Positions 39,456 to 55,729 of a stretch of DNA of 64,000 bases are shown one piece after another; within the stretch, counting starts at the first letter, position 1; every line of letters starts with the position of its first letter. The stretch is from the human T2T-CHM13v2.0 reference genome, Homo sapiens. The notes under the pieces were generated by a model, which did no database searches, had not been told where the DNA came from, and saw only the letters and a list, made by a program, of their open reading frames with translations. The stretch lies in the NCBI RefSeq assembly GCF_009914755.1, contig NC_060939.1; one strand, given 5' to 3'. Position numbers and translations under genes: made by a program.

Positions 39456-40880
39456 TAAAACTGCTTTAAAAAATAAAGTCTATCTATATTTTCTAAAAAT
39501 CCTGAATCCTGTGATCACTACTTCTGAGGGCTAGAACTTAGAAAATGAGTGAGGACCTTAGAGGAAGGTTCTGAAATGGGCTCCTATAATAGCTGTGGCA
39601 AACATTTATTAAACATTTTTAGGTATTTGCCAGGTACTGTTTGATGCACTTTGCATCTGTGAACTCATCTGCCACTCAAAGGACCCCATGAGACAAGCAC
39701 TTCACTGTCCTCTGCGTTTTACAGAAGAAAGTAGGGCACAGAGATGTGCTGTACTCGCCCAAGGTCACAAGGCTAGGAAGGATGGAATCAGGATCCAATC
39801 CCCAGCAGTAGAGCTTCCAAATCCCCTTTCTCTGAACCATCCCCCGAGGACACAGAATAACAAAAATGACAAACTGAGTGAATTGCTGATTTTCCTTAAA
39901 AGAATAAATAGAACATATTATCTGCTCCAACCACTGCTCCCTGCTGTCTCCCAGAGTACCTTGACTTTCTCAGGTTAGTAAATCCTGCAGAGGCCCCAGT
40001 TGAGTTAGAAGCAGTTCTGCTTTAATGAAGTCCTGCAGCTTTGGCCATCCCAGAAGGTGACTGGGGCATACCCTCTCCCTTGTTCTTTTTTATTACAAGG
40101 TACTGTCACGGTTTTGAAAATTCACTTTACAGCCACATCCCAACACCTGCTTATCTCAGGCCAAGGCTCACCAAATCCTCAATCCCAACGGGCCACTAAA
40201 CTTGAAGGCAAAAATAAGTCCATTTTGTCTCCTAAATGGCCTCCCTCAGAAATGATTTATAGAATGAAATAATATGATTAAACAGAATATGGCAAGACTG
40301 CAAGCAGAAGGGAGGAAACAGAAACCAGAGACAATTAAGGAAACAGTTCTGTGTGCTGGGAAATGATAATGGATCATTCTTTAAGCCTGCCAGAGCTGCA
40401 GAGAAGATGCCCGGATCCTTTTACTCTTCCTCCTCTTCCTGAGCTCAGTCTGTGCCTCTTTTTGAGCCTCTGTGACATAATTGTGTTTTAGAATTCCTGA
40501 ACTGGAAAGATGTCCTTTTCTGGAACTGGTGGCTGAACCTATGTTCCTGAGATGGGAGAAAAAAGCCATTTACACAATGGCGAGCCCATCTGCAATCTAC
40601 TCCTAACAGCTGCTTTTTGTGGCTCTGAATCAAGTTGGAGAAATCATCCTGGATCTCAGGAGCCACTTCATGCTTTTCAGGGCCTAACAAGACATCTCAC
40701 TTTCCCTTAGCAAACACAGGCAGAAGCAAACCTGTATTGGGCTGGGCCTATTTCCGTAACATGCATGCAGCCATGTGTATGGCTACCAAGCAGCACTGTT
40801 TAAAGACAAGAACCAGAAAACTGTGGATCAGAACCAAATGTGTACATAGATATGTGTACACACCCCTCCAAAACTAGTGA

Positions 40881-41189
<309 letters not shown>

Positions 41190-41210
41190 TAAATTATTAT
41201 TAATTTTTAA

Positions 41211-41553
<343 letters not shown>

Positions 41554-42639
41554 GTCCATGTTTTGATACATGTATACATTGTGGGATAGCTACACCAAGC
41601 TAGTTAACATATGCATTACCTTATATACTTATCTAGTGATAATCTAAAGCTCTTTTTTGGAAGTCCAAACTGTTTTAACTCAGAGTCAGGACGATGGGGT
41701 TCATCACTAAGAGACTTTGCTACTGAAGCCTGGGTTTTTCTTTTCCAAGATGAAAGAGAATACAGAGGAATATATAAACACTGAGATGAAACCTTTTTTT
41801 TTCAAGGTAACATGACAACTGAATGAAAAATAGAGCAATGGCAAAGGATTCTTTCTTCTCCTTCACTCTGATGTACCATGGCTGTGAGTTCTTTCAAAGA
41901 CAGACACAAAGGGTCTGGGGCTACATTCAGGCCTGAGAAGCTATTTCTGTCCACACTCTGTGATGTCTACACCTTCAGAATGGGGAATGGGTTTCAGGGG
42001 TCTCTGACAGATAGAGCTCATGCAATGATTTCTGGTCCGGTGCTGATCAGCCTTCAAAGGATGTTATTTGGTTACGCTCCATAAAACTTGAGCCAGCCCA
42101 TTGTTCCTTGTCACAACCTGAAATATGTTGGGAAAAATTTACATGGTAACAAATGCCACTTCCCTTCTCTGACTAAATCGCTCCTCTCATTTCATCCCCT
42201 GCTCCCTCTCTCCGAGCCCTATGGGGCCTTGGTAGGGTGGCCTTGTCTGCCCTACAGGGGTTGCATTTCAAGTCGCTCAAGTGTTCTATTCTTGGTACAC
42301 GACATGCCATTGCAAAAGCAGTTTCAGGCTCATAGAATTTTAGAAATGGGCCTAGTTTCCCAGCCGGATGAGGTGAGTGGGTGATGGGGGAAGAATCAGC
42401 CTTGATTGAATGCCTGTTGAGTGCCAGCCACTGTTGGCATTTATCAGAGTTTATTTAATCTTCTCATCAACTACTATTGTTACCCGCATGCCAAGTGAAG
42501 GGAGCATGCGGGAAGGTTAAGTGACTTGCCCAAGCCCACACAACCGGTAGGAGCCCCAATTCCAGGCCCTAGTTCCAAGGCTACATTCTTCCAGGCGGCC
42601 TCCAACTGGGTTGGTTAAGGGTTGAAAGGACAGTGGGAC

Positions 42640-44060
42640 AATAACTGAGGCCCGTATTGCCCAGAGCGTCCCCATCCCCCGTCCGGAGCTGGAAGAGGCC
42701 ATAGACCGCTGCCTCCACATCTTTTCCTCTCCTTCGGGTTCGGTGACTCACGACACTTCTTCCTCTCTCCCGGGATATGACCTCAAATTTCACCCCTGCG
42801 AAATTTGAGTACACGTGAGTCAGTCAGTCGGCCTGGACCCATAAGAGCCCCAGCTGAGCTACCAGCAGCTGAGCTACCAGCCGACCTCATTCCTCTGAGC
42901 CCAGTCGACAGCTGACCTTACCCAGCCCTCTAAAGCAGTTTGCGGTCACAATTACCCGTCTCTTCACCCCGCCCCCATCGACATCAAACACGACCCACCT
43001 TCTAGCCCTCCTCCCCTTTCCCCGCCCACTCCGGGCTGGCCTTATCCAGTAGCGTCTGGGTCCCTGGACTAAAGCCGTCAAATGTAACCAATTGCTGAGG
43101 AGCTCTCCCCTAAGAATCCCGCCTCCACTCTGAGGAACAGCTTCGCTGATCAATGGATCCCCTCCTAGACGCAATGAGCGCGCGGGGCAAGTGGAGAAGC
43201 GGCTGAACTGCCCAATGAACAAGCGGTTTCCGTGGTTAGGGGCGTGGCAGAAGCGGTCGTCAGGGGCGTGGCGGCAGTTACTTGGGCGGGGCCGGTAGCG
43301 GCGGGAGCTGCACTGGCCAGGGGTTCCGGCTGTATATCCATGAGCGCCGCTGGCAGCCGGGGAGCTGCAGGAACCAGACTGGGGGCGAGCTGAGCACCTG
43401 TAGTCAATCACACGCAGGTAAAGCCACGGCCGAGCGAGCTCCGCGGAGCGGGGATCGCACCCCGGACCCGTCGAACCGAATCTCCGAGCCCCGAGGTCCC
43501 CGGCGTAGCTCGGCCCATCACGCCGCAGCCTGAGGGGATCCTGGGGGGCCTGTCATCTGGCGCCGTGGGGGTCCCAGGGGCTGGCTTGCCCAGTGGTGGG
43601 GACAGCCCAGATCGCGGCGGGGGATACGCCTTCCTGAGGCCCTTTGTCCCCTTCTGCCCGAGGAACCGAGGTTGGGGACAACCCCGACCGCGGCCTTTCC
43701 CCCATTGGTGCTCACTCCTGGGTCTTCAGGGGCCTGGGGAGGGGTCTGCCGGTTCAGGCTCGGCGAAGAAGGTCCGGGATCCGCACCTGGAAGGAGAGGG
43801 CCGAGGGGCCTGATTACAGCCCGAGATACCCGAGAGGCCTCTGTGTTTCGGGGCTCCAGGGGCTCACGCAGGACCAGTGGGTTTAAGTTCTAGAAAGGCA
43901 GCTTTTGACCCACTTGGAAGCACATTTACCGAGTTCGGCCCCGCGACCGGCACTGTTCTAGGCCCTTCGTGAGCTTTTCCCACAGCTAGAGCTGTCCAGC
44001 AGCGCAGGAGGCTGCCTGCCAGGCCGGGCAGCTAGCGCCTCGACCTTGGCGATGTCCAAG
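42640..44060. promoter_or_regulatory. ABHD2: CpG-island promoter
   Basis: Sharp rise in GC and CpG content. GC boxes (CCGCCC ~42969, ~43022; GGGGCGTGGC ~43239, ~43263; GGGCGGGGCC ~43284), CCAAT at ~43088 and ~43212, and composite CACGTGAGTCA at ~42812. Confidence 0.88.
43270..43417 (+). other. ABHD2: Non-coding first exon (5'UTR); start coordinate approximate
   Basis: Donor CAG|GTAAAG at 43417/43418. Sequence ...gagctgagcacctgtagtcaatcacacgcag recalled as the ABHD2 mRNA leader; not database-verified. Confidence 0.78.
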
Positions 44061-44739
44061 CAGTGGCCTGATGACAGCCACCTGTGTCGGATGCTTAGGA
44101 CTCCCAAGGGAGGACTGCATGACCCATCTGTAAGGGCCTTCTCTACCCACAAATGCACTCTAAGTGGCCTTTGATGCCTAGCTTGAGAAGAGTACTTCTG
44201 GGGGTCCATTAGGTTCCAAGTGGCTGTTGAATTCACCCATAATGAATTTTGAGGTTTCAGCTCTCAAGAGTGGGTGTTAGCAAAGAGACTGGATTATACA
44301 AAAAGATAGAGGTTTATTTAGCCACTGTGAAACTCCTTGTATTTGAACTACCATGGACCGCTCTCTTAATCTTCCCAATCTCTCTTTTTTGGTTGCTGGA
44401 CCTCCAGTTTGTCAGTTTCACCTGCATTCCAGTAACCAAATCCAAAGGCATGTTCCAAGAACAGGCTCCACAGAGGGACCTGGAGAGACTGCAGGTTTGG
44501 CAGAGTCAACAAGATCTGTGCCCAGAGCTTTTCGAAGGCCGTTTCCTTACAGCCACATTAAGCAGAGTCCAAAAGAGAAATCCTTCACTACCCTCTGTCA
44601 TTTGCCGGAATAGAGAGAACATAATAATCTAAAGGTCAGGAGGCAGAGAAAGAATCTTAACACACCTTGCTGTGTGTTTTAGGATGAATTAATCTTTGAA
44701 CATCTAGTCAGAAAGCAGTCCATATACAGCTGGTAGTCA

Positions 44740-45240
44740 GCACGGACTGTGACATTTTAGAGCTGAAGGCACCTTAGATAGAGCTCATCTCTATCTAAGT
44801 CTAATTAGGTGGACTCTCATTCAGTCTCCTCAATGCACAGGTGAGGAAACTGAGGCCTGGGGTGGTCACAGGGCTGGTTGGTCATCACAGGCCCATGACT
44901 AAGGGTTGATCTCTTGACTGTATTTAGATCTAGCCAGTGCATGACTTATTTCACTCCAAGCTTAGTTTGCCCATTCTCAGTGTTTTAAGTTCTAGGGGAG
45001 TCCAGAGAGGTTAGGAGGACAGATTTTGGTGCCTGAGTGCCTGGATTTGAATCCCAGCCCTGCCTCTTACTGGCTGTACAACCTTGGGCAAGCTACTTAA
45101 CTTCTCTGTGCCTCTGTTTCCTCACCTCTAAAACAGAAATAATAATGATACTTATGTTAGAAGATTGTTTTGAGAAGTGCATGGAGTTACTACATCTGAA
45201 GCATTTAGAACAGTACCTGGCACAGGGTAAGCACAATAGA
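44740..45240. mobile_element. Two MIR fragments
   Basis: caggtgaggaaactgaggc (- strand) and gcctggatttgaatcccagc...accttgggcaagctacttaac (+ strand). Confidence 0.75.
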
Positions 45241-47850
45241 TTTGCTAGATATGATATTCTGTTGCCTTTTTGTACATTTTTCTTCATATCCACCACCCAA
45301 TACTCTATCAAGAGCTAATTTTTCCCCCAGTCCCCTTCCCCCCACCCCCAAATTCATTTAACATATTCCAGATTTCATTTTAACACAGACAGCTGCAAGG
45401 GGTTTCCAAGTCACGTTGCATTTTATACCTTACTTATTTTTGTGATTCAGGTAATTTAGTTTCTATGTTAGTTCCCCCTTGCAGTTACATTCTTCTTAGG
45501 CTCTGAACCCTTTAAAATTATCGTTAAAAGCAGGCAGTGAGGGGTGGGAATCCCTCGAAATGATAAAGTCCTGGATGATACCCGTGTCCATGGTGTCCTT
45601 CCAAATATGTATTCCCTCTCTTCAGCCCTCCTCCCAAGCGATGAGTGTGATGCAGCTTGATTCTAAATGGATGAACATTTTTAGATTAAGATTTTATGAG
45701 CCACTGTATTAAGTGCTTTTCGGAAGTTCAGGGATCATGTGTCAACTGCATTTAAGGAAGTTACTTAGTCATTCGAATAGGGGGAGCACCAGCAGCGCCT
45801 GCCTGGCCTGGCAGAAGCAAAAGTGTGTGACTGATCCGTGCTGGCAATCTAGCTGGTTCACTGGTTTATCTGTGTTTTTCCTGTTCTTTTCCAAAGCTTG
45901 AAATAAACCAGATGGCAAATACAAGGGAATGGTCTTTTTCCTCTCATTTTAGTCAGGGTCGTTCACTTTTTTCCCTTTTTACTCTCACCTTCATTTCCTT
46001 TATCGCCTGCGTGGGTCTGACAAATAGGCACTCTCACTGTGCCAGCCAATTCCCTTTTGATGAAAAGATGCCTGCCACTTTCATTTTTTGCAGGAATCCA
46101 GTCACCTTTGATTTTCTCTTCTGTTTTTACTTGTTTTCTAGATTGAACCAAAGATTATCACTTCATTAAATGGCACCTTCTCATGCTTTATTTTTCTTGA
46201 GTTGATTCTGAATTTCGGTTTTTGTTTAAGCTGTTCTAGAGATCAGCCATTTTAGAATAATAGTTTTCATTTCTTTGCTTGTGTATTAATATGGGCCCCT
46301 TTCTCTCTTTCTCACTCTCTTTTCTCAGTATTTTGGTGGATGAGCTTCTCATTTGCTGTTACTCGTTGCTTTAAGCATTTACGCCTTTTCCTGGTAATCT
46401 CCGGCAGGACCCATAACCTCTGTAGTGGTTCTCACTGCCCTTGTTCAGAGCTCCTGCCCCGAGCAGGAAATAATTTCTTTGGTCTTATGGGAGACAGGGG
46501 TAGAGTCTGTCTTATTTTTTGCCTAAAATCTGGCTCTTTTAAAAGCCCCAGGAGAGAGACATTTCCAATATAATTGAATTTTGTGTGGCAGAATTTCTAC
46601 CATGACCTACAGCTTACAGTATTCCCATTTTTATTGCATTGTGAGTTTTGAGTACTCCATGACCAGTTTCAGAGTATAGATGATGTGGGGCATGAGTTGC
46701 TTTAGCCTTTCTGTTTCATCTTGGGCTAAGCTATCCCCAGGAACAGAGCAATGAGAAGTTCAGGGTGCCTCTTAAATGTGTCTGGTGTCAGGATTTTATA
46801 GCAGCTTTTCATGGTTCAGCCTTTTTGGCCAGTGCATGAGTAGGACATTTTTAAGCCCTGTGCTGCTGTTTCTTTGTTGATACCATACAGGTGCTACATT
46901 ATCTCCTTTCAGGATTTTCATATCTGCAGATTGATTTTTGTTGTCTTGTCCAGGGCATCATATTTTTGGATTGAATGTTTTCTGTTTGTAAAATGGTTGG
47001 TGTGGACAGACGATAAGCTCCACCATTACCCCTGAAGCTTGTGGACTGGGGCCATTTGGGTGAGGGGCTTGTTACACACCGACTCATTGTCTGATCTTTC
47101 ACAATAAATAGCAGACAGGTGAAGAGCTTTTTAGAGAAGTGGAACGTTGGTACCCTTGGATTTGCCTGGTTTCTGATTTTCTTTTGTTGTCTTTAAGTGG
47201 AGGTTCATTAAGTTCAACAAATTAAGCATCTGGTGTGTGCCAGGAACACAGTTGACAAGATTAACAAATTAGTTTGGTTTGTTGCTTAAAAACTATTTTG
47301 TTTTAAAATTGTTTTTAATAGAAATTTTAAAATTTTTTAATTCAAATTTTAGTTTTTAAAAATAGGCAATACATTCACATGATGAAAGAAAATTTTTTAA
47401 AGGCACAAAAGGTTAACTAGTAAATACATCTGTGTGTACCCCTGACCCCTGATCCTCAGAGGCAACCAGTATTAGCGATTTCTTCATCCTCCAGAAGTGG
47501 TCCCTGAACTTCCAAGGGATTTTATACATCTGTAAGCAAATTCGTTAAACATATTCTGTACACCACCCCTTTTTGCAGAAATGGTAGCACACTGCATACA
47601 TGCTATTTGGAACCTTGCCTTTTTCACTTAATATTTCTTGGCAGTGTGAAAAGAGCTTCCACGTCATTTTTTATGAAGGCCGTCTATTTTAGATATCTGT
47701 TTTCTGTTTCTAAGGATGCTAAAAAACAGTCTTATTTAGGCAGCAGCTTTGCTGGAGATCTTAAAGATCTTGTGAATATTTGGAGGCAAATATTTTTCTT
47801 TTCTGTGAGAGCCCGGGGGAGGTGCAGGGGAGCTTCTAAAGGTCAGCTGA

Positions 47851-48444
<594 letters not shown>

Positions 48445-48984
48445 TAGCTTTAAGTGTCTCACCCCTTCTTTTCTCTCACCCCAGGAAAAACCAGCTCTCA
48501 CACCTGCTCCTCTGTAAAGCGTCTTCCCCAAGCCCACACGTAATTTTGTTGCTGTCCTTGAAAGTATTTCCCAAGATCTCCAAACCGCTTTAAACTTCCA
48601 AGGTCTGAGCCTGACCTGGCCTCGCTAACAAAGGGTTCCACTGATGCCGACTCTAAGAAGAAAGTTTTCAAGGTTCTTCGTATTTGAACTTTCTATGGCT
48701 AGGCTTATGTTTAAAATAACCACACTGATTTAAACATGGTCTTATAGTCTTCAGTGGCTCCCAGGTCTTGCCTCTCGGGTTTTTTTTCCTCTTTCCTTTG
48801 AATGTGCCTTAACCTTCGTCTTGCTTTTATTTACCTCTGAGTCTGGTTTAGAGCCACCTGGAAATTGAATGGAATCTTTAGTCTATTAGTCTAATCTAGA
48901 GTCCTTACCTTCTGGCCTTTGCTCATTGCAGAGCCCCCACATTATTAGTCAGTTGTACCACAGATACTGTGTTACATAAGGTGA

Positions 48985-49613
<629 letters not shown>

Positions 49614-49620
49614 TCATCTA

Positions 49621-49975
<355 letters not shown>

Positions 49976-51949
49976 TCAGATTAAAGAGCACCTTCTAACC
50001 AGGACATATTTAGCTTACTAAAAAGGTTGAGTTAATGGCCATTGAATTATGCTGTTTGGGAAGGCCTAAAGTCGAGGATTCTACTCAAGGAGAGGTTCCT
50101 CTTTTGCAGTTTCCTTAAACAATGCTCGTTACTCTTTTTCTGGGAAATCAGGCCATTGATTTAGTTTAGTTAACCTAACTGCAGCAGCATTTGGCGGGGC
50201 TTTGCGCCCAGTTTTTCAGGTGGTACAGACTACACAATGTTGATATGCAATTGTAGCACCTTATAGTGAGGTGAACTTATACTGGAAATCGTTCTTTGAA
50301 TCCTGAAGCCTGGATTTGTCATGTTTGAAGTGCCACGTTTTAGTTCTTAAGGACTGAGGAGTGGGAGGGGGCTGAGGTGAGACCCCAGCAACCTGCTGGA
50401 ATTAAGTAAGGCTCTTCAGTGGTATTTACACATAAGTTCTTTGGAAGCATGTACTTAAACTTACTAAATCCATGATTTGGTATGCCCGGTAATGGCCCAG
50501 ATGGCTTCTGAGATACAGCATGACCTCTCTTCCGTGTCCCCACCACACTTTTTGCTTTCCTCGTGTAGCACCATCACATTCATTTTGTGCTATGGATTTC
50601 CCAATCCAGGGCTGAGGATGTGTCCTTGAGGTTCCTTGGGTTCTCATTAGATTACAAACTCAGACGTTTTGGTTTCGTGTTAATGATAATTGAAAATGTT
50701 TTACAAGCCTGTCCTGGAATGTTGGGATACCTAATTATAATATCAAGGTGCACCCACGTCGTCTCAGTGCCTCCCCCGTTTGTATGTGAATTTCTGATGA
50801 ATTGAAGCCAGGTAAACCCCACTATAGAGAAAAATACAGAGATGAACTTCGCGCAGAAAAGATATGAGAGCATCATGTGAAGTCAAATGATACCACACAG
50901 CACTGTGTAAATGAAGGCTGTAGCAGTGGTCCCAGCGAGAAAAGGAGTGTGAGAATGGACTTGTCACACTGTACCTGTCAGTGTAGGCTCTCGGGATCCA
51001 TAGAACCTGCCCAGGCACAGGCAGGACCACACTGACATTGTCTGCAGGTATTTCAGGTCTGAAAAATGGCATTAGTCTCATTACATTAATGTAGCTCATC
51101 TGAATTTACTGTTTGAGTAATTTTATGTTTTTATAAATGTGCCTGGATCTCTGTAATCGTAAAAGTGCCAAAGGAAGTTTATGCTCCATACTGAGTACTA
51201 TTTGTACTGTTTGTGCATTTTAAGAAATAATATAATAAATAATAGTTGGATAAAAGTAGTTTAATTTAAATTTAAGAATGGAACACAAAGTAATGTAACC
51301 AGGGGCATCTGGCAGGACTAGTTTTTCCCCTCGGAGGAAGCCATTTGGTACCTGAGTTTGAAAGACCCCAGTGCAGGAATCGAAGCTCTGGGAGGCAGAC
51401 AGAGGTTTCCAGTCATGTTTGTGTCATTCATATGGCTCCTTTCCATGTGCTGACCATTTGAGAAATATTTGCTGAGTTGAAGAGTTAATTGACATAATTG
51501 GTTTTCTGCCTTGAGGTCCTGTCTGTTCGGACCCTGAAAGTGATAAAGTTATTTGGAGAACTTGAGAAACACTCCCAAAGAGAGTGACAAAAGTTACTTA
51601 TGGGTTTGGGAAAGACACTTTACAGGGGAGCAGGTACAAGTCATCATACCCGTTTGTACGTGCAGCCAACACTTACCTTCTACATTAATGAAAGGAAGAC
51701 TTCCAAAACTAATTTCTCTGTTTCTTTTTGTTTGTTTATTTTTGGAGTGAGTGATAAAGGTTTCTTGTTGATATTTGCGTGACCTAAACTCTTGCCAGAA
51801 TTGCAGTAGCTGGCAGCAGCCTCAAGTTTATTTTCCACAGGCAACTCATCAGCCCAGGGACAGTAGAGGCTTGATCGCAGCTGAAAGTTGGGGTGAGCTT
51901 GGGCCTTTGTGACTAGCAGGACTGTTTGTCATATTGCTAAATAATCACT

Positions 51950-52740
51950 CATTCATTTATTAGCTTTTTATTCTGGGAATTTTAAAGATATACAGAAGTA
52001 GAGAGAATCATATAATGAACCTCCAAGCCCCACAAAACCCATCCCAGCTTTAACAATAATCAACTCATAACCACTCACATTTACTCTGTCTTCCTAGCTA
52101 CTTCTCCCAGCTCACATTAATTTTGAAATAGATCCCAAACATCATATAGTTGCATCTGTAAATATTTCCATGATAATTCTTAAATATAAAGACTCCTTTG
52201 TTAAACACCCATTATTACTCTTTGAAAAATTAACACTAATCCTTTAATATCATCAAATATCATCATTGTTCAAATTTCCAATTGTTTAAAAATGGCATAA
52301 GTGTTTTTCTCCTTAAGCTTAATTTTTGTGAGTTAGGATTCAAGTAAGGATTAGACATTTTGATTGATTGCTCTACCATTTATGTCTCTTTTAAGCTATA
52401 GGTCCCCTTTTCTTTTCTTTTTTCTTCTTTTCCCTGTAATTTGTTGGAGAAACTGGGTAGTCTGTCCAGTAGAGGTGTTTGTTTACTTTTGACAGATAAC
52501 GCATTCATGTGTTATAACATTCAAAAGGTACAACATAGTAAAGAGTGGAAAACTTCCTCCCAAGAAGCACTCAATGTTACTAGTATCTTGTATATTTTTT
52601 CAGAGATCTTTTATGTGTGTCCCAGCAAATGTGTATGCATCTATATTCTTTTTCTTTCTTTTTTATATAACTGGTAGCATATTGTACATGTTGTTCTGCT
52701 CCTTGTTTTAGTCACTTAACATGGAATTATACATGTTAGC
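51950..52740 (-). mobile_element. Old L1MC/L1ME fragments
   Basis: atatacagaagtagagagaatcatataatgaacc...ttaatatcatcaaatat. Confidence 0.6.
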
Positions 52741-52746
52741 AAATTT

Positions 52747-53030
52747 CTTGTTTTTTCTTTTTTGAGACAGTCTCACTCTGTCACGCAGGCTGGATTGCAG
52801 TGGCAGGATCTGGGCTCACTGCAGCCTCCACCTCCTAGACTCAAGTGATCCTTCCACCTCAGCCTTCCCAGTAGTTAGGACTACATCACACCCAGCTAAT
52901 TTTTGTGTTTGTTGTAGAGATGGGGTTTCACCATGTTGCCCAGGCTGGTCTCAAATTCCTGAGCTCAAGTGATCCACCCACCTCAGCCTCCCAAAGTGCT
53001 GGGATTACAGATGTGCGCCACGGCACCCAG
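52747..53030 (-). mobile_element. AluJ
   Basis: TSD TAGCAAATTTCT. Confidence 0.9.
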
Positions 53031-54168
53031 GCAAATTTTAGCAAATTTCTACATATATTGTTTGGCATCCTATTACTTTTTCTCATGTATTCAATTATGT
53101 CATTACTATTTCCTAAAAATTGAGGGACATACAATATTCCTAGGATTATGTGATTGTGCTAGAGTCCTCACAGCTGGGAAATGTTCTTTTTTCTCATTCA
53201 GAGAATGAGAAAAATTCAGAGTTCAGCAGGCATTTATTGAGCTCTTTCCCTGCTGGACGCTGTGCCAGACACTCTGTCCTGAGGAGTTTCCCTGGGGCCT
53301 GAACACCCTGTGCCCCACTATGGGCCATAGAGGAGGCTTTCCACAGTGCTAACTGAGCTTCCAACCCCTTCCAGCTCCTTGTGTGGCCTGAACTGTATTC
53401 ACACTGTAGACATTAGCTTCTCAGGTTCCAAATATCCTGGCTGCAGTTCCCTCCTCTATTCTGATCATGTAAATAAAGTGCTTGCTCATTCTTGTCAATG
53501 ATGTTGACAAATGTACCCTTCTAAATAGTGGGATGATGGAAAATGCCGAGTAGATTATAGCCAAGGATATTTTTCCCAATTTAGAAAACATAGTTCCTTT
53601 CCCTCCATCTATCATTAATATCACCCATCAGTCTATTTATTGACTCTACATATAAATTCTGGATGTTGCACTGACATCGCAAGAGAAATCAGCACTTTGC
53701 CACAAAAGAGCTTATAAGAGGAATGCAGATTTCTTTAAGTCTCTTATGGATGAGCAGAGAGGCCTCATGGAGCTTCTGTAAAGCTGAATTATCAAGGCTG
53801 AAGTGATCAGAATCCATCCAGCTCTGCAAACAGCTTATAAGATGGATGGGTGCCTTGCTTCTCTGTATTCCTAGAGCCTCACCAGGGCCTGGCACAGGGA
53901 GGGTCCCTGGTCCTCAGTTTCCTTGCCTGCATTAATAGTAACTCACAGCGGTTGTGAGCACCAAATGAGGTAATGTCGGAGGATGCACTTTGTCAGTAAG
54001 TTAGGCATTCAGTCTTCACTGTCAACACAAATGCATTCTGTGACATGTTTGAGGAGTAAATGAGGTAATGTATTAAAATCACGAACACTTTATAAACGAT
54101 AGAGCTACACAAATAGGACATTTTCTTATCATCCAGCTTTGTTCCTTCATTTAAAGTTATCATGATTT

Positions 54169-54785
<617 letters not shown>

Positions 54786-55137
54786 ACAGTGATTTAAAGA
54801 TAACAGTATCAGAGCCAAAGAACAATACTAGATTCTAGGATGAGAGTCTTTACCCTAACTTATGGTTCACAGATTTAATATTTTGTCTGGGCAGCCGGTA
54901 GAGGAGCTTATGGTCTGGAATGGGAGAAGGAACGTGTGTGTGATCCATGTTACCTGTAGAAGACATTTAAATTAGCATTGATCATGATTGCTCACAGGCA
55001 AGTCAAGACCAGACTAACCAGGCTTGAGGACCCAGACATTTGGCTCTGGACTGGGATCTTCCAGCCTTGGTGAATGAAGTCTCTCCTTTGTCTTCTCTGG
55101 TGAGCACACCACTCCCAAGTTCACATTGTGTTGTTAA

Positions 55138-55253
55138 TTTTTTTTTTTTTTTTTAAGAGACAGGGTCTTACTCTGTCACCCAGGCTGGAGTGCAATAGTG
55201 CGATCATAGCTCACTGTAGCCTCAATCTTCTGTGCTCAAGTGATCCTCCCACT
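55138..55253 (-). mobile_element. AluJ right-arm fragment
   Basis: Poly-T then gagacagggtcttactctgtc...gatcctcccac. Confidence 0.85.
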
Positions 55254-55440
55254 TGCCCGAAGCCACACAACTAGTAAGTAGTGTAGCTGCAGTTCAGGTC
55301 AAATCTGTCTGTGTCCAGATCCTGCAAGTAGCCTCTCTACCCCACCACCAATGTACATCTACAGAAAGCATCTCAATGAAGCAGAAATCTTTGTAGAAAT
55401 ATTTTTCCATTCTCCTTAGATGTTAAAAAGGAACCTTATT

Positions 55441-55729
55441 GGCCAGGCAAAGTGGCTCACGCCTGTAATCCCAGCACTTTCGGAGGCTGAGGTGGGTGGA
55501 TCACGAGGTCAGGAGTTCGAGACCAGCCTGGCCAACATAGTGAAACCCTGTCTCTACTAAAAATACAAAAAATTAGCCAGGTGTGGTGGCGGGCACCTGT
55601 AATACCAGCTACTCGGGAGGCTGAGGCAGGAGAATTGCTGGAACCCAGGAGGCGGAGGTTGCTGTGAGCTGAGATGTGCCATTGCACTCCACCCTGGGCC
55701 ACAGTGAGAGACTCCATCTCAAAAAAAAA
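55441..55729 (+). mobile_element. AluSg-like
   Basis: TSD AAAAAGGAACCTTATT. Confidence 0.95.

Noticed and set aside
42887-43893. Overlapping ORFs on both strands (up to 174 aa) over the CpG island
   Set aside because: Expected from stop-codon scarcity in GC-rich DNA; mostly non-ATG starts and no recognisable domain.
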